Positions 39,415-49,538 of a stretch of 64,000 bases of DNA are shown one piece after another (the first letter of the stretch is position 1; each line of letters begins with the position of its first letter). Source of the stretch: Azolla caroliniana (taxonomy: Eukaryota; Plantae; Polypodiophyta). The stretch is taken from NCBI GenBank assembly GCA_043228905.1, contig JBHGNT010000018.1:12648001-12712000 (forward strand). Direction: 5' to 3'. Both the position numbers and the translations under genes were made by a program. The notes under the pieces are model-generated. The model saw only the letters and a program-made list of their open reading frames with translations, made no database searches and was not told the origin of the DNA.

Positions 39415-39881
39415 ACTACAAAGGAATTCGATGCAATGCATGGAGTTCTTGTTGAAAGCCTTTTGCAAAGTCTGAAGGAAAGGAAAAAATGGAAATTTAG
39501 ACAAGACCTTCACATACGGTAGACTTCGGAATGTTGAATACAAAGATAGTGACTCGCCTGATCTCATCCTTGATGTAGAAATCTCGAATGGAACTAGACG
39601 GGTACTCGTTGATGAAGGAAACCTAGTGGTTGAGGTTTGTAGTTCCAAAATTTTGCGGAAAGCCTTACAAACGAAGACCAACCTAATTGTTACTCTTCGT
39701 CCTTATTTTTCTGGGGAGCTAATGGTTAGAGAAGAAGAAACACCTCCAAAGAAGTCTCGGAAGTCAAATCCTGAACATAAAAAATATCAGAAATGACAAA
39801 AACTTGATGAAGACGAACTAGAGATGCTAAAGTTCGTAGAGGAGGAAGACGAGGAGGAGCAACAAATTGAAGTCGTTGCCC
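39415..39881 (+). repeat. diverged direct duplicate of 40514-40977 (part of MTase-gene exon 2)
   Basis: Colinear ~465-bp match by eye, including the same in-frame TGA. Confidence 0.88.
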
Positions 39882-39884
39882 TCG

Positions 39885-40129
39885 TCCATTGACAAAACAA
39901 CCCTTTCACTATTTGCAACAACTTTACTTTTCTGGATATCATTTTTTTACTTAAATGGCTCAGTTGAAAAATGGGAGCTCGATCTTTGCCCAATATAATT
40001 GTTTGAATCTTGACATTGGCACAATTGAACATTTAGATAGTTGTATTCCTCGGTTGAGAATAACGAGTTATTAGATAATATAAAAGGTTCCACAGAAAAT
40101 AGTGAAATTTTACTCGATGTTGATGACAT
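39885..40129 (-). pseudogene. probable 5' end of the transposase gene
   Basis: Minus-strand frame starting MSSTSSKISLFSVEPF; same strand as, and upstream of, the transposase body; no diagnostic motif. Confidence 0.4.
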
Positions 40130-40394
40130 CTTGACGAGGATAGATTTGATCAAATGAGGTAAAAGTAGTAAAATTTCATCCTAATAAACCATATTAAAAA
40201 ATAAATATTTTTAATTTTTTATTATTAACTTTAATATTATTATTTTTAAATAAATTTTAAAATAATTACTATATAAAGGAAAGTCATCTCCTTAGTGTCA
40301 TTATTGTGTTGAAAATTTCCAAGAGCTCAAGAGCACTAGCATTCTCGCACCCTCACTATTTGTCATCTCGAACACCTCGTCGCAACTTAGCACC

Positions 40395-41978
40395 ATGAAC
40401 AAGGGAAATAAAGTTGGCAAGTATTTTTTTCTAACTAATTCTTAAGATTCCTTAGAGATTCCCTAAAGATGCTTTTCTGTTATTAATTAGTTTTAATGTA
40501 GTTGTCAAAGTGTACTACAACGGAATTCGATGCAATGCATGCAATTCACGTTGAATGCCTTGTGCAAAGTCTGAAGGAAAGGAAAAAATGGAAATTTAGG
40601 CAAGAGCTTCACACACGATAGACTTCGGAATGTTGAGTACAAAGATAGTGACTCGCCTAATCTCATCCTTGATGTAGAAATCTCGAATGGAACTAGACGG
40701 ATACTCGTTGATGAAGGAAACCTAGTGGTTGAGGGTTGTAGCCCCAAAATTTTGCGGAAAGACTTACAAACGAAGACCAACCTAATCGTTACTCTTTGTC
40801 CTTATTTTTTTGGGGAGCTAATGGTTAGAGAAGAAGAGACATATCCAAAGAAGTCTCGGAAGTCAAATCCTGAACATAAAAAATATCAGAAACGACAAAA
40901 ACTTGATGAAGACGAACTAGAGATGTTAGAGTTCGTAGAGAAGGAAGACGAGGAGCAACAAATTGAAGTTGTGGCCCCAAGAGGCCAAATGTCATCAGAC
41001 ATTTTATCTTTTGAGCAAAATTGTATTATAGAGAACATTGCAAAGACGAAATTGGTATGTAAAGGCCTACTTTTTCATTTGCCTATAAGTTCGATTCAAA
41101 GGCCACCAGTAGATCCTGTGACAGGGAGACGTCCATTAGAAATTCGAGTGCCACATGTTGTGCATGTGAAATACCTTAAGAGTAAAATGAAGATTAATCT
41201 GCATGCCACCGTAGTACCTTTCTTGTTGTGGATGTTAATCGGATTAAAACTAATATCACACATACTCCGGGTGATTGAATGGTTAGTGTGGTTGAACATC
41301 TTTGTGTGGGGTACTATGATGCAATTACAAAGAAGAAGGCTCACGCACATGTCAATGAAAGAAATGGTGTAAACTACATCATGTGTCCAACGGTAACAAA
41401 GAAGCTACGCCATGTATCTGGCGATAAGAGCCTAGTGAACCCGTATAAAAAACCACAAAGACTAATCAACTGCCTAATCGAGCTATTTTCAAACTCAAAT
41501 GATTGGGTTTTAGATTTGTTTTCCGGCACAAGTATATAATATAGAACTTGTCATATCAATTTAGATTAACGTATAGTCTATTTTTCAATTTGATGTTACA
41601 TGTGCAATTTCATTCTATTGTTAGGTACTACTACAACATGCACCTTTAAGATGTTCAGGAACTCTGTTGCATTAGAGAAGAACCGTGAGCAGGTTAATTT
41701 CATCAAAATGAAGATAAAACGTATTGCGGGACTATCCTGATCAAGACCAAGAAGTTGGGGCAAATCATATCAATGAAACTGAAATGTTCCAGATGACTTC
41801 TACAAAACTTATGGAACCTATAGATGAAGAAGTAGGGAACCTTGTTCAATTAGAGAACTTGTCAGAGTTTGAACATACGAAGGATTCAACTGAGCGTATT
41901 GATGAAGCCAATGAGGACAATCCTGATGAAAGAGCTAATCTTGAAGAGACGACTTTACCAGACTTATTATTGGATTGA
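40395..41978 (+). pseudogene. beta-class N4-C/N6-A DNA methyltransferase-like gene (N6_N4_Mtase family) with ParB-like N-terminal region; 2 predicted introns; decayed
   Basis: Spliced C-terminus VNPYKKPQRLINCLIELFSNSNDWVLDLFSGT^STTTTCTFKMFRNSVALEKNREQVNFIKMKI fits the family pattern HPxxKP-x-LL-x-LI-x-S-x-GD-VLDPFxGSGTT-x-A-x-R-x-G-E. Upstream N(R)IKTN...G D*MVSVVEHLCV resembles the WxKxN...E motifs. GT-AG introns 40421-40501 and 41532-41624 keep the frame. Stops at 40572 and 41276; no DPPY/SPPY motif seen. Confidence 0.8.
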
Positions 41979-42599
41979 ATGCATATGGCTTATTGTAAAA
42001 TTTGAACAATATGAATTGTTAAATTTTGACGTAATATATAAGTTGAGCTTATTTATAATTTTCGTGACCCACTCATTGAACTTAGAGATTAAGTACAATT
42101 TGTAAGTGTACATGTTGTCTAAAGTCTCCTTTATCGTTTGGCGTATATGGGAGATAAAATTATACCCTATCATTTACTCGTATGATTGGAATGTTATTGT
42201 AGACTATTTTATTTATACATTGACGGTGTCGTGTATCATGTGTCAATGGAATTTTTCTCTCAACATAGTAGTATCTCTTAATTGCAAGGTTCACAATTTG
42301 CTGTAAGATATATTATATATAAATATACACACATAATTAGAAGAAGTCACTTATTCATTGGTGTATGCACAAGGACTCATGTTACTATTATACTTGCGTT
42401 GATCAATATACCCCTGTCTAAGATTTGGACAAAAACATGGTAAATAGAATATACGTTGGATGATTTTGTTGTCGTGATATTAGTTAGTTCTATTTCTCGC
42501 TATGTTTTCATAAACCACATACGCATGTGTTGTGCCTTTTTGAAATTCCGCTTAAATAAGACATTTTTTAACATCTAACTAAGATATGAAAAAGAGAAT

Positions 42600-42634
42600 G
42601 CGACAGACTACATGTTTCAAATGACCCGATGTTT
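42600..42634 (-). repeat. right terminal inverted repeat
   Basis: Reverse complement matches 19319-19353; element C LTR sequence resumes immediately after. Confidence 0.82.
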
Positions 42635-43849
42635 CTATATAAGGACGATCATTCCTCATTTTTAAGCCATTCCCTGATCCCAAATTTGCATTTTCTGATT
42701 TTTCTCATCATTTTGCCTCTAAGGAGCGTGTAGTGCATTCTCTCTCACTTGGTGGTTTCGTAGTTGTCTCGACATCCCCACTTAGTCCAAAATTCTCCCA
42801 ACTCTGGATTTTGGTTTGTCCCAATTTGGGGTTGTTGTAAGCTTTTGTATTCATAACATAAATATAAGCATGTTTTATGTCCCACTTGTTTCCCAATCAC
42901 GTTTTCGTGTGGTTTTAAGGAACCCCATAAAGTAGGTGCATAACATGTGAGTGATTGTTTTTTTCCATGTAAGCTAATCACCATGAAGCATTGATCCAAT
43001 ATTTTCTTTTTTAAAAGTTGACGAAAATCTTTATATCTTTTGATGAGGATAAAACTTTCTTTTGATGGGGATAAAACTTTAACCTTCACCCTTCTGCTAC
43101 AAGCTGAGTACGACAACCATCGACCTAGTTTTTTTCTTTATATATTTAAAAACAATGTCTATTTTTTCTGACTTCTTTTGTTCCATATATATTGCTCTCA
43201 ATATAACTCACCATATATCTAACTGTATATCCCCCAATACAAATGCTTGACTACAAAAACTTGATTTTCTTAAATGGTATAAATATTTTTCCTTTGACAA
43301 ATGTACTCATAGTTTACTAACCTCAATTGGAGGAAGTATGGTAGGAATGTATTTATGAAGACATGTAATCTATCCATGGTTAATGCATTTAAGATTGGTC
43401 CTCTATCCCTAGACTTAGATTATAAGCCCTTCTATTTGGACCTTAAACTCTCACATTCCATCAACAAATGTAGTAAAGTAAAAGAAGAAAGGGGATATAT
43501 CATTCAACCTTGTTACAATAAAGCTAGGTTATATGCAAATGAAGTTTCGAAACAATTTTTTTTTCCCAAAAACAATACCTGCAAATGAAGCTAGGTAATG
43601 ATGTTTTTTTTTCCAAAAACAATATTCTTCATTAGTAGAAATTCTACATATATGAAAAAATGATTAGTCTAACAATCATTATAAAGGCTGTAGCCATGAT
43701 AGGCCAATAAGAAAGCTCAAAGACTTAGAGTGAAAACTACAAAGAACGGTGAACACATACAGGTTGTATGACTGCATCCTTTATCTACCATGGTTGTATG
43801 ACTACAAGCATTTCCAACATTTCCATTATGCTTCACAATATATTGGGGA

Positions 43850-44505
43850 TAGTCAAGCTATTGAATCTATTCTAACAACATTTCCATTACTTAAGAGTAA
43901 ACGCACAACAAGAAAGGTGACCGGATTTGGTAAAACTCCATTTCTTCTCATCTAGTCAAATTCAGAGAAAACATTTTCAATTTCTCCAACTTGACCATAT
44001 CTTGTAATCAGAACATTCCATGAAACTATATTTCAAGTTGGAAGCATATCAAACACTTCACGTGCTTTCTCTAAGACTCCACACTTAGCATATAGATCAT
44101 CCAATGCATTGCCAACAACTAGGTTTCTCTTCAGCATGCCCATCTCCTCAATCTTTACCTGCATATCTCTGCCCTTATCTATTGCTCCAATGCTAGCACA
44201 AGCCTTTAGAGTACATGCAAATGTGACAGAATTAGGAGAGATTGTCTTCTTTTGCATCTGCTCAAAAGCATTAAGGGCCTCCTCGTCATGCACATAACTT
44301 GTGAACAATGTATTCCATGTCACTATGCACATAACTTGTGAACAATGTATTCCATGTCACTGTATCACATATGAGAAGTTTGTCAAACACTGCCTTTGCT
44401 TTTGTTAGCATGCCACATTTCGAATACATATCTACTAGTAGTTTTCCAACAAGTTGGCTTTTCCTTAAAAGCCATTCCTCTCAGCATCGAAATGTATCTC
44501 ATCGT
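43850..44505 (-). pseudogene. PLS-class pentatricopeptide repeat (PPR) pseudogene, interrupted by element G (continues ~51873-51960)
   Basis: VTWNTL...EALNAFEQMQ...PNSVTFACTLKACASIGAIDKG...LVVGNALDDLYAKCGVLEKAREVFD...VSWNVLI; stops, frameshifts and a 37-bp tandem duplication (44288-44361). Confidence 0.85.
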
Positions 44506-46397
44506 CATCACAGACATAACAACAGTTATGTCAAGATTCGAACTCTTGACCTCTTGTATTATAGTCAAGTGTTATATCGTAACCAATAGTACACAATCGT
44601 GTTATGTATATCTTCATAGATTATCTATTCACGTTCTAGCCGTTTTTAGAAAGTTCTAGAACTAGAAGGTTCTAGAGGTTCTAGAATATTCTCCAAAATA
44701 TTCTCAAGAATATTCTAATGTATGTACTTCAACTCACAGTATTTATACTTGTAACCTCCTTGGTCCCTTTCAGGGGATTTAACACTAGTCATTGACACAT
44801 CAATCGAGTATTCTCGTTTCGCCTCATCTTTGTCTCCTTGATCTTTATTTATGTCTTCATGCCCTCATGTCGCTCATAACATCTAGAATTACAAGCCTTG
44901 ACGCATCTAGCTCCAAGTTCATCCATCGCTCGTAGCCCCATCATATGTACTCTGTCCTAGTCTGCGCTTGGTTTGTCCGTAACAATGTTACTCGGCCAGC
45001 AAGAAGGCTTAAGGATGTCAAGACCAGAGTGTGAAAGGAATAGTTTATTCGGGAACTATTGTAATTATTTTATTAATATGGATGGACGGACCGGAATCGG
45101 TATGCCGATCCGGATCCGGACCGATTCCGAATAGGTGCCAGTTGGCACCGTTTTGTACTTCGCACCGGAGACCTATATAAAGGCCCGGTTACAATGTAAT
45201 TGACAACGGATAATTAATAGAACTTATTGCCTTAACCTTTCAGTATTAATTACCGTTCTGTACTCATTGTTATATCTTACGCATGTTAATGACGTATTGC
45301 TAAGTAACCACTTAAGGTCTAATTAAGCGTTGTGTCGTAAGTCATCTTGCCGTAACACCCTTTGGTGAAGTGTCTTAAGTGGACACCCTGTGTTAGGCTA
45401 TTGTCCGGCCCTAGGATTAACACAGTTTTTGGCGACCAGGATTCCTGCACAATCGCAGTGAACAATGCCGGGAATGGATGACTAGGCCAACATACGACCC
45501 GGTTACAGAGAGAGCACGAATACTTGCTGAATGGCGAAGGTGGCGAGAGGCTTTCCAACAAGCAACGGAAGAAATCCGATCGGATCGATCATTTTCCAAA
45601 GTGATCCGAAAAGTGGAGGAGTCGCTCCGTCTGCAACAAAACGCCTACCCGGATGAAGGAAGTAGCTTAAGCAGCCTCCGGGAAGCGGAATCGCTTCTCC
45701 AGGCCTTGGCCGGAAGAGACGGCCAATTCGAAGCATTTTCAACGCTGGAATCGGATTCGGAAGGGGGTTACAGTGCGCGCACACAAACTATCGCAACAGT
45801 AACGACGCCCCAGGAGGACCGGAGGACGAGGAGTCAGATACATTACCGACACCGGAACCATAGTTGTCCGACCGGGAACCCCCGACACTAGACGTGGAGC
45901 AACCTCCGGAGACGGAAGAAGACAAAGAAAGACCTCCGACACCGGAAGTCGAGCCGGCAACACCAAAGGAAGACCGGCAAAGACCTCCGACGCCGAAGGA
46001 ACAACAGGAAAGACTACCGACACCGCCAGCCCGCGTACCGACACAGGACGACGACATGCCGTTCCAGTACTCCAAGTATAGGGATGACCCGGACGCAGAG
46101 GCTCATGTTCACGCGTTTCAACAAACATAGGAGGTGAACCATGTGTCACAACGGTTAACCACGACCGAAGAGGAACGATCTAAGATAGCCAAATTTGGCG
46201 TGACATTGGAAGGACTGGCCAGCAGATGGCACTGGACGCAGGACCCCAGCACCATCACCAGCTTTGCGGACCTGAAAGATAAATTCTTGCACTTCTTTCA
46301 GAAGGAGGTGAACCAGAGAGAAATGGTGGGCCTATTTTATACCATCCAGCAGGACCCCGGGGAGAGCATTTCGTAGTTTGTCATCCGGTTTCAACGG

Positions 46398-47005
46398 TGT
46401 CGTGCCTTTCGGCTCCAGATCGTTGCGTGAGTCGGGTGGGAACCGCTGAGGTTTTGGACCAGGAGAAAGAAGAATATGAGATAAGGCTCCTTATGAATCG
46501 ATTGCAAGAAAGAGAAATATTTGAAAGAAGATATGAACCTCATGAATCCCACGAGTATAGTGTATTAATTGATACTTAGAATGTAAGAGAGAAATAGATG
46601 GAAAAAAAATCGTGAATCCCACGAATATATTAGATTGATCAAAATCCTTGTAAACTAATCAACAACCTCTATACATCTTTCTCTCTTCCTTATATAGTGT
46701 TGGAAGAGTCTAAGATTATCACATGCAAGCATCATGCTTTTCCGATCTTTAGTTTTGATGCACACTACATGTGCATGATTAGCTTTCTATCTCATCTTTT
46801 CTTCTAACTCGATTGTCTATGCATGAATAACTTTTTGTACCATGCATGTCTAGAAATTTTACATGGGATAAAGTTTAGTATAACTTTAAAATTCATAATA
46901 CGCTAGTATAATGATAAGGCTTAACATTATTAACATGGAGGTGCAAGGTTCGAATCTTGCCCTATGCATGTAATATATAATTTTATACTTTCTTCTATTT
47001 AAAAA
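46398..47005 (-). repeat. family A LTR fragment (copy 3) inserted in the gag of E
   Basis: Starts TGTCGTGCCTTTCGGCTCC like position 52; shares GAATCCCACGA repeats and the tRNA-like cassette; far end lost. Confidence 0.88.
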
Positions 47006-47262
47006 TATGTCTCTTCATCTGGTGAGAGACTCTCACCGGCCTTCTGCATCCGGCTCTTGCCGGTTCTGCTTCATCCGGTTCTCGCTAGTTTTCTTTATCC
47101 GGTTCTTACCGGATCCTCCTTACCGATCCTCTTCGTCCGTTTCTCACCGACTCTCACCGGCCTTCTTCATCCGGCTCTTGCCGGGTCTCCTTAGAGACGG
47201 CCCGGTCAAGGATCCGGTACCTCGAACAAGACTTGGATCGGGTCATAGAAGACATAGCCAAA

Positions 47263-49538
47263 ATGGCCTTAACCGCAACACAGATCCAAGCACCGGTGAC
47301 TCCGGTGGATGTACATACGAATAAGACCCCGAAGATAGAAATTGTTCTGGAGAAAGATGCGGCGCAAGCCTAAGAGCTTGCCGACTTAAGAGACGAACTT
47401 TCCGCACAAGAAGCATTATGGAGCCGCGAACGCGACTTGAAGAAGGCGGCCGAAGAAGAATTAAAGAAGACTATTAAGAACCTCCGCCGGGTAGAGGAAA
47501 ACCTGCGTAAAGGACATCAAGCTTACGACCGGCTAAAGGAGGAAAAAGAGAAATTGCTGCAGGAGAAAGACAAGCTACGACGGATGGCAGAGACGGAAAT
47601 CGAAAGGTTGAAGGAAGAACTCCGTCAACAGAAGGACCGGGAGGACCGCGCGCACCGGTAGATCAACCAAAGGTTGAAGCAAAAGACCGATGATTTTGAT
47701 CATCTACACCGGGACTACAAGCAGCTGGAGACGGAGTATAAGCAACAGTAGGAAAGGATAGCCGAGCTCCGGCAAGAAGTTGATAGGGCCACAACGGCAC
47801 TCACCGACGAACGAGCTGAGAATTCAAAGCTATTGGAGGAAGTGGCGATGGACCGGATGGAGCTCCACAAGCAGAACCATGAAGAAAAGGAAAGGGCGAC
47901 AATGGTGTTACAGAGGTTGCAAATAATCTATCAAAGTAAATTGTCACATTATAGGGAGCAGGAGGCGGACACAGTCAAAATCATCAAGCAATTGAAAGAG
48001 GAGCGACAAGCCGCGGAGAACAAATCACGGATGGGAACTGAACGGATCCAGTGCATCCTCCGGGCATGGCTCACCAAGACCAAACGCTTGATTGACGAGA
48101 GCTCTATATGATGGTGGACGAAATGGGTGCAGAATACGGCGGAACTCCAATTGCTCAGGGCGGACGTGGAAAACCGGCGGAAGGAGGCTGACGACTGTTA
48201 TACGCTGACATCAGAGGACTTCACCACCATAAGGGATGAGCTGGCTGAAGATTTCACAGCCCTGGCGGATGAACAATTGGTGCAAGTTCGGCAGCTCATA
48301 GCTCAACTGGATGACGATCGGCAGGTGGCTCAAATCCAGTTTGAGAGCTATGAGCGGTCCCGGCTTCGGGAAGAAAAAGCAAGGAAAGCGACAAGGGTCA
48401 ACCTTAGTGATGAGTGACGAGAACTAAAAGCTCCCTATACGCAACGCTCGGCCACAACCGAGCTTAGAATCATGCACAGAAAATGGTGAAAGAATGCACG
48501 ACACGAAGAAGAGAAGAGTACACAGGATGTTTACGTGGAAAAACCCAAACTAGGGAAGAAACCACGGCAGCCCACAAGCTGCAAACTATCACTATGTTAG
48601 AATATACAATAGTGAGTTCACGGAGGCAACGACCTCGTGCTCACGATCTTCGCCACAGGCGGCAGTTACAATCAGAGGCAACGACCTCTTCCTCTCTCTC
48701 TCACTCTCTGTACACTGTTACGCACACTCTCTTCTTACACCAACAAGAAAATGACAACAACAACTAAAAGTTTGCCCTAAGTCATATTTATACTAATATG
48801 ACTTTTCGGCTATTTACAAATATAGCCATGATGGACTCTCAGAAACATATTTACGAATATGTCTCTTGATCCGGTTCTCACCGGGTCTGCACCATCCGGC
48901 TCTCCGTAGCCGAGTAATCCTCATCCGGTTCTCACCGGGTCTGTACCATCCGGCTCTCCGTAGCCAAGTACTCCTCATCCGGTCTTCACTGGGTTTGTAC
49001 CATCCGGCTCTCTATAGCCGGGTACTCCTCATCCGGTCTTCATCGGGTCTGTACCATCCGGCTCTCCGTAGCCGGGTACTCCTCATCCGGTCTTCACCGG
49101 GTCTGTACCATCCGGCTCTCCGTAGCCGGGTAATCGTCATCCGGTCTTCACCGGGTCTGTACCATCCGGCTCTCCGTAGTCGGGTACTCGTCATCCGGTT
49201 TCGGCCGAGGCCGAGTTTGTTCATCAGCATTGTTCTTCTCCCTTCCCATCCGGAGGGACCTGTCTCCCAACACTGAGGAACCGTCGCCGGTACAAGGACC
49301 AGACGGGGACCAGGCCGGGGTCGGTCAGCCATCGATAACTCCGACGGAGGCAACAACGAAGGAAATGCCGGTGCCAGAGCGAGAAATGGAGCAACAGCCC
49401 CAAAATGAGAAGGCACAAACGGAGCAGCCACTGCAACGGCCACAAACGGAACAGCAGCCACAGCAGCAACAACAGATTCCCGACGAGCCATTGGAAATTC
49501 TGGAGCAAAGCATTCTGGACATTTTGGACGAAGAGTAG
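47263..49538 (+). pseudogene. 3' extra ORF of element E (long coiled coil plus Q/E/P-rich tail, ~470 codons), split by a solo LTR
   Basis: ORFs 47437, 47833 and 48127 share the frame of ATG 47263 and rejoin 49278-49538 in frame once the solo LTR is removed; several point stops. Confidence 0.7.
48415..49272 (-). mobile_element. solo LTR with 54-bp tandem array (same family as 55068-55942, opposite orientation)
   Basis: TGACG...CCCAACA termini; TSD ATGAG/CTGAG; array ~48867-49200. Confidence 0.88.

Larger units (their letters stand above)
19319..42634. mobile_element. large TIR DNA transposon (Sola1-like transposase) carrying a DNA amino-methyltransferase gene
   Basis: Imperfect ~36-bp TIRs (AAACACTAGGTCATTAGAAACAGGTAATATGTCGC vs reverse complement AAACATCGGGTCATTTGAAACATGTAGTCTGTCGC) exactly where the 3' LTR of element C is interrupted; CTA on both sides; transposase and MTase genes inside. 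Confidence 0.82.
12520..42945 (+). mobile_element. old non-autonomous LTR element C hosting ~28 kb of nested insertions
   Basis: 5' LTR ~12520-13015 followed by tRNA-Met PBS TGGTATCAGAG (13018); 3' LTR split into ~19143-19318 and ~42635-42945; TGTG flanks both ends; internal region has only degenerate gag-like charged sequence. Confidence 0.75.

Noticed and set aside
40395-41978. Bacterial contamination as the source of the MTase
   Set aside because: It has GT-AG introns and lies inside TIRs nested within a plant LTR element.
46904-46968. Functional tRNA genes here and at ~44530 and ~60390
   Set aside because: Acceptor and anticodon arms are degenerate and all copies sit inside LTRs; reported as tRNA-like cassettes only.
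48866-49491. Repetitive R/S/P-rich ORFs (also 55055-55567)
   Set aside because: By-products of a 54-bp (multiple of 3) tandem array in an LTR.
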